A DNA stretch of 62,047 nt, counting the filler, from Nemertoderma westbladi (Eukaryota; Animalia; Xenacoelomorpha), in NCBI GenBank assembly GCA_032718475.1. It is 4 parts of 4 records of this genome, joined end to end, with 100 filler letters (N's around TTAATTAATTAA, not from the genome) between each part and the next. Parts side by side here need not be neighbours in the genome. Positions count along the whole stretch, not along the records: positions 26,411 to 45,628 come from JAUCBJ010006585.1; 3 more parts are not named here. One strand, written 5' to 3'. Below are positions 26,311-39,640 of the stretch, one piece after another. The translations under genes were made by a program, and so were the position numbers. Within the stretch, counting starts at the first letter, position 1. The number at the start of each line of letters is the position of its first letter. The notes below the pieces were generated by a model. The model ran no database searches and was not told the DNA's origin. It worked only from the letters and a program-made list of their open reading frames with translations.

Positions 26311-26410
26311 NNNNNNNNNNNNNNNNNNNNNNNNNNNNNNNNNNNNNNNNNNNNTTAATTAATTAANNNNNNNNNNNNNNNNNNNNNNNNNNNNNNNNNN
26401 NNNNNNNNNN
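26311..26410. other. Assembly spacer (N run with six-frame stop linker TTAATTAATTAA)
   Basis: Identical 100-bp construct occurs three times. Confidence 0.97.
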
Positions 26411-26774
26411 CTCTCATAAGAAACGACCTAAGTATGTTGTAGGAACAGGGCGGTCGAATAATAAGACGGCTGATGGGTCACAACGATTATCCAAGGCCAG
26501 GGTGGCGCCAGCAGAGATATTCGCGTTTCAGATGCACAGATTGACTACTGCTAGCGATATCCGGGAAGATCTATTGTTCCATGGTGTCGATATACCTGTT
26601 GCTGACATCAAGAAGATGTCTCACGATGAGGCGCGCATGGCAAGTTTCAAACTCAGTGTCCCGTTCCACCTGTCTGCGAAGGTGTTAGAACGTGACTGTT
26701 GGGATGATGGTGTACGCGTGCGAAGGTGGCTACATCGATCGCAAAAGGAGAACAACGGTCCACAATCTGGGTAA
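26411..26774 (+). CDS. LINE ORF1, C-terminal part (5' end lost in gap)
   Basis: Ends 5 nt before the ORF2 ATG; motif typical of CR1-group ORF1 C-termini. Confidence 0.7.
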
Positions 26775-26779
26775 GCAAT

Positions 26780-29700
26780 ATGGCAACGCCACAACCAGAA
26801 ACTCAAACTAAAGATAATAATAGTCTGTCATTTATTTCTTATAATAGTACGGGACTCGGTCCAGACAAATTAGAATTTATTAATACCTTGTCACTTAGTG
26901 CCGAATTTATTTGTTTACAAGAGCATTTCCGGCTAAAGGCAAATCTAAATTATATTAGTAAATCATTTCCAAACTTTATGCGTATATCTCAACCAGCTGT
27001 TTATTTAAATGAGGAATGCACGGGCCGGCCCTCTGGAGGTCTGTGCATTCTAGTTAGGAAATCGCTCTCTAAGTATATATCTGTTGTGAAAACACGTAGT
27101 CACAGGTTGCAGGCGATTAAAATTAATTCTCCTGGTGCTAATATTCTGTTATGTAATAGTTATTTACCGGTTGATTCTCGTTCGGCCTCAAATGTTTCCG
27201 ATGACTTGTTATCTGTGCTTAACGAGGTACAGGAACTGATGGTAACATACAGAACATACAACCTTGTATTGGCCGGAGATTTGAATACGGATTTTGGTAG
27301 AAATTCTGCCCATGTCCGCATGGTGAACTCATTTATACAGGATACTAATTTAAATATTCTGTGGAATACTTATGATGTAGACTACACATACATGTCTGTT
27401 GTAAATAATTGTATATATTCATCAGTTATAGATCATTTTTTAGTTTCTAATAATGTTTTGCATTTTTGTACTGAGGCAGGTGTAATACATCATGGTGCTA
27501 ACTTATCTCAACATAGCCCAATCTACATGAAATGCAAGATAGGAAATTTGGATGACTCATTTCAAACATGGAATAGTGATAGTAAACCTTCTTTTACCAA
27601 TGCCTCTCAGGAGCAAAAAAATTTGTATAAGGCAGATTTAAGATCTCTATTAGGTAATCTGGTGCTCGACTGTTGTGTTTGTAATAATATTAATTGTACT
27701 AGTGTTGACCATTTAAATGATTTACAGTTTTATGCCATCAATATTTTGGGAGCCATCGAGGAAGCCTGTTCTAATTTGCCATGGGTTGGTGGGGGTGTTA
27801 TCGGGGGTGACTCCTCTGCACCTCAAACCTCTTTGCCTGGATGGAATGATCACGTTCGACCGTTTTAAGGAGGAAGCCATATTTTGGCATAGTGTCTGGG
27901 TGTCGGCAGGTAGACCAAATGTGTCTCAGGGTAATCTTTTTCATTTACGTAGACAGTCCCGACTGCAGTATAAATACGCTGTCCGTCGGCTTAAGAGAAA
28001 TATCGACTCTGTGCGTAGAAATAAGTTTATGCAGGCGTGTTTCACATCCGATGTCGATGTTTTTGCTGAGATCAGAAAGCTTCGGGGTAATGTAAATGGG
28101 TTGAGTCACCTTATTGACGGGGAGACGACACCTAGTGGCATCTCCGAGAAGTTCGCTAGTATTTATTCCGAGGTTTTTAATCAAGGATATGATTCAGATT
28201 ATTCCGAGGTTGATGAAAAACTCTCTGAGTTTCTTGCGGATGTTAACACTCGTTCTATAGTAATTACTCCTGAGTTGGTGTCAGCAGCTCTGGGTAAATT
28301 GAGGTCTGGTAAATCAGATGTAGAGGCTGCTTTCAACTCTGATTGCTTGAAGAATGCTTGTTCAGAGTTAACGGACCATTTGTGTATATTATTTAACGGT
28401 TGTCTAATTCATGGGTATATACCAACATTTCTTTTGACAGCGTCTCTCGTCCCGATTATTAAGGACAAGCTGGGTGACTTTGCTTCATCCTCGAATTATC
28501 GTGCGATTGCAATATCCTCACCAATATTAAAGGTTCTAGAATGGGTGATGATTCTATCCCAACAGGATTCGTTGTCTGTGGATGAACTGCAGTTTGGATT
28601 CCAGAAAGATTCGAGTACAACATCCTGTACTTGGGCAGTCAATGAGGTTCTCTCATTTTATTCAAGGTTTGCTACACCAGTATTCGGCTGTCTTCTTGAC
28701 TTATCGAAAGCATTCGACAAAGTTGAGTGGAAGAAGCTATTTCTCGAGTTACTTAAGAAGGGTTTTTCTCCGCTGTTCATTAGACTGTTATTATTTATAT
28801 ATAAAGAACAAATATGTTGGGTGAAATGGGGGTCGGAAACATCTAGGTCTTTCGGTGTATCAAATGGGGTGAGGCAGGGGTCAGTGGCCTCTCCTATACT
28901 TTTCAGTATTGTGATGGACACTTTAGTTCAAAAATTACGAGACTCAAACATCGGTTGTCATATTGGTTCATATTACTATGGTATTTTTGTTTACGCTGAT
29001 GATATTATTTTGTTATGTCCTTCTTTATGCGGTTTACAGCAAATGATTAATATTTGTGCTCAATTTGCTTGTGAATTTAATATGACTTTTAGTACGGATC
29101 CCGACCCGAGGAAGAGCAAATCTAAGTGTATACCGTTTAATAGAGTATGGGTAGAACCTTCAGTTTGTGTTAAATTATATAGCCGCGACCTACCATGGGT
29201 ACAACAAGCTAAATATTTAGGAAACATTTTACATTATTCTGGTGCAAGTTCGTTTGATATTTTATATAAGCGGGGACATATTATTGGTAAATTGAGTTCG
29301 CTGAGACAAGAGTTTGGCTTTGCTCATCCTTCTTGTATCAGTGAACTTCAACATATATATGCCACAGATTTCTATGGCAGCCAACTATGGGATCTATGGT
29401 CTAATGAAGCTCAACGCATTATTAAATCATGGAACATTAACACTAGATTAGTTTGGGGTTTACCGGTTAATGCACATCGCTATATTGTGGAAGGTTTGGT
29501 GCATTTCTCATATCCGTTTTCAATGGTGTGTGGTAGATTTGTACAGTTCGCTAATAAGCTGTTACATAGTTCCAAACCATCGATTCGTTTTCTAGTCAAT
29601 CTGTCATTTTTTGACTGTAGGTCGGTTTCAGGTAAAAATTTAAGACAGATATCACGTACTTGTAATAATGGTTGCTTATCTAATCTAACAGTTAAATTGT

Positions 29701-29852
29701 GTAATAAATTTAGGTGGTACGTAGATGATTCTCGTGTGTCGGATATTAACATTTGTAGGGAAATTGTAGACTGTAGGTATAATTTAATCGAGATACCTGG
29801 TTTCACCCAGTATGAGTTAGAACAAATTTTTATTAATGTTTGTGTAAATTAA
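26780..29852 (+). CDS. LINE ORF2 endonuclease-reverse transcriptase, single frameshift near 27865
   Basis: EN: SYNSTG, CLQEH, AGDLN, IDHF, SQHSP. RT: NYRAIA, QFGFQ, LDLSKAFD, GVRQGS, YADD, KYLG. Confidence 0.92.
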
Positions 29853-30217
29853 ATATATATATATACGTGGGCCTGAAAAGTACTCTTATGTATATTGTAT
29901 AGTATTACATATTTATTATTCCTCTATCTATATTTTACAGTAGGTCTTGTTTGTGCTATATATATATATATATACTATATACTTGTATTCGAATCTATTA
30001 CCGGTATCTGTACCCCGCAACTGGGAGTGTGAATATAATTAATAATAATAATAATAATACTCACTTTTATTGACATCAGATAGAAACTAGAGCTCATTAG
30101 TTAACTACTCATAATAATTTTTTTGTCAAAACATCACGTTTTCCGTGGTTTTTGACGATATCAAGCAAAATTTAATGCTAATTATTTACAGTACGGGTAG
30201 CGTTTAGCCTCAATACG

Positions 30218-30982
30218 ATGAACTCTTGGAGGTGCTGGATATATTGCCATTGGATAGCGGATTTAAGGTTGTGCGGGACTACTTTCTACAGGTACACCCC
30301 GACAAACTTTCAAACTGTGGTGAACAAGATTACCGCCGGGGAATTCGACAAATTGCGAGTCGAACAGCGGAATCGAGGAGCCTGGCATTCGATAGCTTGG
30401 GCATACCGGAGCGCATTTTATAACAAACGCATAACCTCGTGTATTCTAGACGAGACGGACGTTTTGCGTGAGGCTGGCTTCAAGGCCACGCCGTTAGCCG
30501 AAAAGACGCATCACCCACAGGATGATCCGCAACTTCGTATACTTAGAGCCCAGAAGGCCGGACAAGAAATAAAGAAGGTAGTAAATGTCGCTGAGAGGAC
30601 GACATCGAAGTCGCAAGTCCGGATGACTCGGGGCACGGTTTCCCTCGCTAGTGAACCACGCGGAGGGACAGGATACGCTTTGCCGGAACCCATTAGAATT
30701 CAGATGACGTCAGAGAGCAAGGTGTCAGCGGATGGAACAGTCCCACCCTTTCGACTTCCTCCCAGCGTTGTGGAGACTCGATCCGATGTTAAGCCAACAA
30801 TTGGAATCGGACGAGGATTTAGAGGACTGAGCGCACGACGGATGTGCGAAACTCCCGTCGTCCCCTTTCCTAGCGTTTTGGAACCACCGACAGCTCGACA
30901 CCGAAGTCCGAGTCCAGTTCGATCCCGACCACCACCCAATCGTATTAGAGGGCATGGACGAGCCCATTCGGCCAAGGAATAG
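30218..30982 (+). CDS. 254-aa hypothetical ORF, probably a 3' accessory ORF of an LTR element
   Basis: GC-richer open frame with Pro/Arg-rich tail, 650 bp upstream of a GGAGCGG|TG junction like that of the BEL copies. Confidence 0.4.
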   Translation: MNSWRCWIYCHWIADLRLCGTTFYRYTPTNFQTVVNKITAGEFDKLRVEQRNRGAWHSIAWAYRSAFYNKRITSCILDETDVLREAGFKATPLAEKTHHPQDDPQLRILRAQKAGQEIKKVVNVAERTTSKSQVRMTRGTVSLASEPRGGTGYALPEPIRIQMTSESKVSADGTVPPFRLPPSVVETRSDVKPTIGIGRGFRGLSARRMCETPVVPFPSVLEPPTARHRSPSPVRSRPPPNRIRGHGRAHSAKE

Positions 30983-31629
30983 GAGAGTGAGATGAAGAAA
31001 GGAAGGCTTGCGAGCCTACCGATTCGATATTATATTCGGATATTTTATTTGGATATTAATATTGGATATTTATATTTGGATATTATATTTGGTATTTATA
31101 TTGAATGTTGGTTTTGGAGGAGCGAGATAGAGAAGGAAGGCTTGCGAGCCTACCGTTAGCAATTAGTGCTCAGGAGAAGATATCCAGACCAGCAGGACGA
31201 ACTTTTCAGCTCGTCAGGAGGACACTTTAAGACTTATTTGAAAGATATTAGCGTATTATGTTTATTTTATATTTGGACTGATTTAATTTGGTAAATTTAT
31301 TATGTATATTTGTAATATATGAAAGATTATTGAAAGCTTGAAATTATTTGTTTGATTTGTTCTGATTTGTTTTGTTCTGATTTGTTTAATTTGCTTATCT
31401 TGATAACCGAAAGCTTTTTTTGTATTTTATGCACTAAAGTTAATTGGTAAATTTGTATTTTGTATGTATGATAGATTGTATTTACGCCGTACCTTCAATA
31501 TTAAGTATGCAATAATTAGGTAGTGATTATTTTATATTTTAGGCCCCACCAGTAGATCTAGAAATATTTTGTAAATAGTTTATATTTCGATTGGTGAAAA
31601 CAGTCTTACTTACTGTTTTCATGGAGCGG

Positions 31630-33311
31630 TGATGGATTATTTCACTATAAGATAGCATTTGTAGTTTAACGTAAAAACTTTCTAAAATCCGACGCATTTT
31701 GATTAAATTACAGTAATGTAATATGCCTATTCATATTGGTACACATAAAACCCGTAGTTAATCTCATGGCGTAGTGGTCAGATGGTTAAGGCGTTGGTTG
31801 CATTACAGATAGGTTACGAGTTCGAATCCCAGTTGGGAAATTTGCATTTTTGGGCAATTTATTTCCATTTGGTATAATTAGATAAACCAATGAGGTGCGT
31901 ACAACACATGGAACGATGAGTTGGGCCAATCATAGGGCATAGAACTTCTTATTGCTCCAATGTGAGGCCATGGAATGCTCTGGAAGGTTCTAGCGGATTC
32001 TATGTCCCAGATTTAGAATATAAAGGGCTGGTTTGCCTTCGGTTATCACTTGCTTACTAATCTCTTCACTTGTCTGTCACACTAATCATTTGCGTATATC
32101 TTCGTTATACTTTAGTTGTCACTTGTTGGATTACTCTAGTATTTGTTTTGTTATAAATCTGTTTGATAATCATTTGCTAAACTGTAAATATACTGTAAAC
32201 TTCTCAACATGTATATTTCCGAACGTCCACATTTGGGACAGCCAAGCATTAGGAAGATGGCCGCCTAGACCGTTAGGCCGTCAGCAACGCAGGGAAAGAT
32301 GTCCACAACACGCTAGCGCCCACATTAGCTTAGACCGCGCATCCCCTTCGCCCTACGAAATACTCACCTTGTCATGCAGCGCCCGATTTCCGAGGAAGGT
32401 AAGACTTTGTTTGACGCCCTTGCCCGACGTAAGACCTATAGATCAGGGTAAGCGTGACGCCGTTCTGGGACGCCGCAAAATTTAGGATCAAATAATTATA
32501 TTCTGACAGAACCCCCCCCCCCCCCCCCCCCGTCAGTATTGCAAATCCCTGGGTTAACCTGTATACCTCACAGGTGCGAACTATTGCCGTCCGTCAGTAC
32601 GCGAGTACATATTAGGTACAGACAGCATATGTTCCATAATTTAGTGATTCGCACCACTGACCGTTTAGTACCGGTTCGCTTTGTAGAATATACATTAGTA
32701 CCCCCCCCCCCCCCCCCTGTCTGAACTTAGTTATTTGATCAGGCAAGGAGTATTTCTGCTACCGGCACTCCGCTTGGCCTAGGGAGGTTTATTAATATCC
32801 TACCGCGCCTTGTCACGTACTGATAGGTATTGCTGCTAACCACCGCGGCAACAAAGTTCTAGAATCAAATTTGTATACCAGATCAGCTAACGTACGGTAG
32901 CAATTAACCCCTATTTCTTATCTTACAACCAGAATCTGGTAATTGTGTCGATCACGGGTGTAGTAACTAACAACGTGGTTGCCCGGTTGAGTTGTGGATA
33001 GGAAGGAGAGAGCTTTGACGTCATTTGTAAGTATAAAGTTCTACAAAACGCGACTAGCTCATTTTCGTAGCTAGCGCACGGTATTGTTTTGGTCAGAGAA
33101 TTACTAAAACCTAGTAAAATGATATACACCAAAATTGTTTTATTGTAACACACCCACACACACACGCCCTAAAACATATTTTCCCTTAGAGTTCTACTAG
33201 ATAGCGCACTTTAGATTACTTTAGGCAGAATATATATATAACTCACTGTTAGTATTTGTAAATTTAGGATCTGATATTTAGTTACGGCAAGAAGGAGTAT
33301 TTATTTCGTTA
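31630..33311 (+). repeat. Putative LTR (3' end uncertain)
   Basis: GGAGCGG then TG start; TATAAA near 32020; no partner LTR seen in the window. Confidence 0.4.
31768..31837 (+). other. tRNA-derived sequence (Pol III A/B boxes), not a canonical tRNA
   Basis: A box TGGTCAGATGG 31775-31785, B box GAGTTCGAATCC 31818-31829; acceptor and anticodon stems pair poorly. Confidence 0.65.
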
Positions 33312-33315
33312 TTAA

Positions 33316-33715
33316 CCCAGCAGCGCCCAACGTCTACATTTGTAACCCCATTAAGGACTGTTTTCAAATCAATGCTGTAGTTGCCTAATATATCCTATAA
33401 CTATTATAATGCTATAATATGATTAATTAAAGGTGCATCGATATGACTGATACTTAAAAAACGGTAAATTTTAAAAATTTGCATTTCTAAATTGACTCTA
33501 AAAATCGGAAATATATTTTTTCAGACATCGATTGGCATTAAGTCATTCTATGTAACTATATGGTTATAGACAACAGGGATTGGGGCATATTTTTATTGTC
33601 AGATAATGGGAGATTAAATAAAACAATAAAATATCATGTAGTCTGCCCTCTTTAGTATAGCAAATTCAACTTATTTACAGAAGACTACATTTGTAGTGCT
33701 TGGGCACTACATAGT
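33316..33715. mobile_element. Degenerate piggyBac-like MITE
   Basis: TTAA|CCCAGCAGCGCCCAA left end, TTGGGCACTACATAG right end; related fragment at 35670-35705. Confidence 0.35.
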
Positions 33716-36700
33716 GATTGATACTTTTAGACACAATCTGTATGTGATACCAGGCACCGGTACCCAGAATATTACTACAGTATGGCCTGACAGTAGGTAC
33801 TACACATTGCACTGTCAGACTGTAACACTTTCCTAATGCAGGAGTTACTGGTACCATTAACAATACAGCAATACTGCAATAGGCTACACTAGCCCGCTAG
33901 AATGATGGGCTGTGCCTGTCTCAAAGTCTGGAAACTTCTGAATGCAGTTCAAAACTTCTTTAATGCATGATTTTTTGTAAATAAAATATAATTGCTGCTT
34001 CTAACAGCAGAACAGTCTGAACTCTATTTTAAATACCACTGAACCATCGCCCCATACTCTGCGCTACAACTGCACTTCCTTCACCCAAGTCTAAACACCA
34101 CACATGCGCACATGCACATGCCCACTTGAGTGTTGCTGTGATTGTGACGCTCACCACATGGAATCTACTCGACTCCACCCAACAGCTAATAAACTTGCAG
34201 TTCAGCTAGGACTATGGATTTCAATGCCGACTCTGACGCTGATCGCATCGCAACATTCCTTTCGACGCCTTTCACCTGTTCACAGGTCACTGGTGGATGT
34301 CACCAAAACGCAACCAAACATCGACCCACCCCCAGTTGAAGTGGAAGAAGAGCCCCTGCCAGCCCGCAACGATCAAGTTGAACTTCAGGCCTAAGCAGCA
34401 GTGCTGCTATTATCACCAGCACCAGAAGCAGCCGATACCAGTACAGACTTTCTCAAACAAAACCAGACGACAGCGAAATCCCGCATAATGCGACTCAAAT
34501 CAAATAAGCAACCACATTGAAGGACAGGGCAGCTGCAGCACCTACACTAAAGCTGCGACTGGAAGAACTAACCGACCTCATTCAGGAGTGCGCCGCTGTC
34601 GATGCACATGAAAATTGCTCCAAACGGTCAGCCACTCCGAGAACCTCTCCTCGGTGTGCAATGCAGCTAATGCATGCCACTGCCGCACTGCTGCGCAAAC
34701 CTACCTAGGCTTATACACCCATCCAGGTACCCAGTCCATTGTCTCGGGTGCGAGTTCTCGAATGACTGCCCGATTGGCCCTTCAAGAACTCGAAGCCAAC
34801 CTCGAACTCGAACATTTCGACAAAACTCAGTCATCACACGATCATGAAGGCAAACTGGCCATATTTGCTGCTTGGCAGGATGCTGACCAAGCTTCCCAAA
34901 ACCTAGAAATTGACTCTATGAAACTCGCAAAGAACTTGAACTGAGAGTGAAGCATTCTAGTCTCGTTTCTCGTACCACTCCCGATCAGGTGAACGAAGAA
35001 AGCACGTCCAACTTTGGAGTGAATCCCGACGTTCCTGAGCCTACAAAAGCCAGCCTCCCTGCGGCCCCAGCTGCCCCCTCCATGGCACCAGTTGGCCCCC
35101 CGCGGGTTCCCCCGGCTGCCCCGCTCGCGGTCTCATCAATGACTGGAACCCATTATTCCTACCCCCTTCTAGTTGGGTGACCTCGGCTCCTGTGAACCTG
35201 TTGCCATCCTCCATCGGATCTATATTTCCTCTCACCTACCTATCCGTTCCAAGCTGTCTCAGCAGCGCGAACTCGCCGGAGTTCTTTCCGACTTCAGCGC
35301 TCGGCTTCACATCGACAACTGCCGCTTCCAATTGGCCGATCACCACTCCTTGAGAAACTGCCCCTGTTTAGCGTCCCCAGCCGGGCCAACACCGAGAGTT
35401 CCCGGTTTCCTCCTGGATCCTTACTATCCTTACAATTACTATTTGCAATGGGCCCAATGAAGCAATGGGCCCGGGTGGACACTACAAATACTACATTATC
35501 TTGAAGTTTTTAACACAATTTTAAATTAAAAACTTTTTTAAACATTTGCTTATGCATATACTCCATTCTACACCCACCAAAGTTAATAACAAGAGTTAAT
35601 AACATCGACAATATTTCAATAAGTCTATCCTTTATAAATAAATTTGTGTTATTTTTATTAATATATAAATACCTCCATAGCGCCCAAGTACTACATTTGT
35701 ACCCTACCTAATAAATCGAGATTGGTTAAAGTTTTGATACTGTTGTTGAAACTATGTTTAAGTTAGACCATTTGGACTTAGTTCTGAAAATATGAATGAA
35801 TTACCTCGAGTTTTTAGATGTCTGGGTTTTGCTGGGTTAAACTGTTGTTTGTCAGAGCAGTGGTATTGTTACATTAGGCACGACCCTCTTTAGACTGATT
35901 TTGTACAGGGGATCAGTATTGTTACACTAGGTCTGTTAACCCACTAGCTCGTATATAAACCATATAAATCACACCGCGGCAAGTTACGGTATTTAGGACT
36001 GTCAGCGATAGTTAGGATTCGCTGCGCGGGGATTGTTTTCCCGTGAGTTTGGTCTGTTACTGTAACTGTACATCTGCCATACCGGTTAGAGGACAGGTTT
36101 CCTTTTGTCTAGTTCGTAGGCATTAGACCCGCTCACGTACATAGAATAGACACTAGGCTCTGCTCCTCGCCAGTAGTCGTTTGTGTATTGTATCTGTTTG
36201 TTTAGATACCCTGGACTGGGATTTGTTGTCAGATACTGTACGAGCCCGTTTCATTACTAGATCTTACGGTAAGATACATCGTTACTAGGATCTGGTAAGC
36301 GGTATACTACTGGACTTTACGGTTAGAGATATTCTATAGCTTCATATTAGTAGACTTGTAGGCCGTAGGATAGTCCTTACCGTAGAGGATCTCAAATAGA
36401 CTATTTATTAGGGTGGTGCGTTTTTTACTTTTTTTCGATTTCATTGTTCTACTGGTGCACAAAAGTTGCCAAATGGTAAAAAAATATGGCATAAAATTTT
36501 TTTTTTAATTTCGTCTATATCTTCACGGATCCCAAGAGGGTTGAAATTTTGAGCTATCGCGATGTACCATAATGAAATTTATAACAATATAACACATTGA
36601 TGAAAGATCAGTGACTCAAGAAAAAACTTCCTGCATGTATCAAATATCATCAAATGGGTCCAAACTTAGTTAGATACCAAATTTTTGATTTTAGGACCAG

Positions 36701-38079
36701 TGGAAGTAGTGCCACAGGCACATGACCAGAACCTACTCTTTGGCGCAAGTAACTCTTATTCTCAATTTTGGTGATGGACAACTTTTAGTTCTCCTAGGGC
36801 ATTAATAGTAGGCTCATTAGAACCGTAATGACCGATTTAGTGGGTTAGACACCATCAAAACAAGCATAGATATTGCGATATATATTGAGATATTGCAGAA
36901 AATGTTAAGTCCGGCACAAGTCAACAGTAGTAGGGTCTTGGCCGACTCGGTGACAGTTAGACCCAACTGACTGGCGCCAGACTGTCTAGGTGACACCCAA
37001 TGACACCTATGGGTGTCATTGGCGCCAGACTGTCTGGGTGACACCTCCTAATTAGGCTAATTAGATCCCCATTGACAGGTGTCATCAATTAATTAGTACA
37101 ATTAAACCCTAATAGGTTTCTTACGACTCCTAATTAGGGTTTAATTGATTATCCTAATTAATCAATCCGATACACAATGGTGTCAGTGTTGTCTAACTAT
37201 CGCCTAGAGGGCCAAGAGGGTGTCATAAGTGACACCGCAGCTCTTTTATTTATTAATACTTATTTATTTATACTTAATTTTAATTAATTATTTGTATTTA
37301 ATTTTACTTTATTTATTTGTATTTAATTTTAGATTTACCAATAATTCGTTTTATATATTGGTTTCTATATGACCTCATTGACTTTCATCTCGTTATACTT
37401 AGACATAGGGTATACATCTCCCTTGATGGTAACTAATTACTCTTATCTATATCCAGACAGCTTTATCGTTGACCTTTGACCCCCAATTAGCTTTAACCAA
37501 GCAACAGCTTATTAATAATAGTTGTATCCAAGCGCCCCCCCCCCCTTTCGTGACACCTCTGATTACTAATTACTCTTACCTATATGCAGCCGTCTTCAGT
37601 TCCATAGTCTACCGCTAGAGGGCGTATGATCTGAATATTAACATCTTCTCTAACTTTGTTATTTTCATTCCGAATAGGTTTAAACTCGGTAGGCATCTAC
37701 TACGGCATAGGCCATATCTTTTGCGGAGACATGGAGTAGTCTGAAGTTCCCTTGTCTGCCGTTAGAGGGCGTATTATTTGAAAATTAACATCTTCTCTAG
37801 CTTTGTTATTTACAATCCGCAAAACTATGAAGTTATATTGCTTAAGAGTTCTAAGGGGCGAGCCATGAGGCAAGATGTTTGAGGCTTATTTAGATATATT
37901 ATTACTTAATATTGACCCCCCAATCGGCATCTACTACGGCATAGGCCATATCTTTTGCGGAGACATAGAGTAGTCTGAAGTTCCCCTGTTTGCCTCTAGA
38001 GGGCGTATTATTTGAAAATTAACATCTTCTCTAGCTTTGTTATTTACAATCCGCAAAAATATGAAGTTATATTGCTTAA

Positions 38080-39640
38080 CCCTATTAGTACCGGGCTATA
38101 AAATGTTGTACAAATACCGGGGGGGGGGGGGGGTCATATTGACCCCCCCCCTCTAAAATCTACAAATATTTACGAAAACGTCTGATTTTTTGTTTGTACG
38201 TAGGTATCACTTGTCTGGATCCGACCGAAAAAAAAATTTTCGAAAAAATGTAGTGGGGTGGTTATATTGCAGCACCAAAATTACAAGTAGTGCACAATTT
38301 TCACCAAATTTGAAAGTTACATTTTCGGATAATTATTTTTCAATACAGGTTTTCTGGGGTGCAAAATACATTGGAAAATATTAAAAAATGATATGATTAG
38401 TATAAATGGCTGTTTAGTCCTCTCTGCGTAGGAAAATGAAAAAAACAAGTAACAAGAACTTTTCAGTTAGAACACAAAATTTTTAATTCACTTATACGAT
38501 GCTATAAATTCACATTTTCAGGTTTTCGAGGGCGCTGATTCTAATGGAATACATTTCTAATATGCCAGATCATTGCTACTTGTATTTTTCGGCGTAATTT
38601 GGCGAATTTTGGTGCTAGCACCAAATTTTGTACCCATCACCAAAAAGTACAAGTTTGCGATGTCCAGTGCTGTTTTTATTGATTCCATCGGATTCAGGTC
38701 CCTCATAAACCCGTATAACGCAAGGTGATAAACAAGGTGATACTATCTACTTATCAATTTGCATATTTTCCAAAATTTGGTGCTGGCACAACAATTTTTA
38801 CCCACCGGCGAAAAATACAAGTTTGAGAACTCTTATGAAATTTTTACTGATTACATTGAATTTAGAACCATCACAAACCCGTATAACGCAAGAAACAAGG
38901 TGACACAATCAATTGATATATTTGATGGTTTTCAAAATTTGGTGCTAGCACCACATTTTGCACCCACATCCGAAAAATACAAGTTTGAGATGTCTAGTTC
39001 GATAATTATATTTTCCATTGAATTCAGAACAGCCATAAACCTCTAAAACGCAAGAAATAAATTGACACAAGCAATTTTATCTATTGAATGGATTTTCAAA
39101 ATTTCGTGCTAGCACCAAAATTTGCACACAGCACCGAAAAATACAAGTTTGATACGCTTGGTGCAACTCGTATATATTTCATCGAATCCAGAATCCCAAA
39201 AAACCCCAATTGCGTAAAAAACAAGTTTCAAACGATCAATTTACAAAATTTATTTATTTCTAAATTTGGTGCTGACACCAAAATTTGGCACCCACCGAAA
39301 AAAACAAGTTTGAAATTTCTAAATCAATTTATATGAATTCCACCAAATTTCTAACACCAAAAAACCAGTGTAAATCAAAAATAGAGATGTTACAATTCAT
39401 ATTTACTGAAATGTAATTTTCAAAAAACGTCTCAAAAAAAAGTGCCAAAAGTAGGGTTAAAAAATGGTGCTATAACTCGAAAAGTACCCAATATTTTTGA
39501 AAACGGTTTTCACTACTAGGAAGACAATAGATTTTTAGGAAAAGAAAATTTCAGATTCCCAACTGCGTTTGTTTCAGAATTATAATAAAAAAACCACGGG
39601 GGGGGGGGGTCATATTGACCCCCCCCCGGGTTTAATAGGG
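38080..39640. mobile_element. Non-autonomous piggyBac element
   Basis: TTAA|CCCTATTA...TAATAGGG|TTAA; subterminal GGGGTCATATTGACCCC at both ends; internal repeats of about 180 bp; host repeat unit restored on removal. Confidence 0.92.

Larger units (their letters stand above)
26411..30059 (+). mobile_element. APE-type non-LTR retrotransposon (likely CR1 group): ORF1 end, ORF2, (AAT)n tail
   Basis: ORF1 tail SFKLSVP...W.DGVRVRRW; ORF2 with endonuclease and RT; 3' AAT repeats 30034-30059. Confidence 0.93.

Noticed and set aside
26355-26366. TTAATTAATTAA palindrome within N runs (three times)
   Set aside because: Artificial six-frame-stop contig linker, not biological.
31768-31837. Functional tRNA gene
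   Set aside because: Acceptor and anticodon stems do not pair properly; kept only as a tRNA-derived sequence.
33323-33333. GCGCCCAACGT similar to a tRNA-Lys PBS
   Set aside because: Lacks TGG, follows TTAACCC, and recurs in variant form at 35680 as part of a MITE end.
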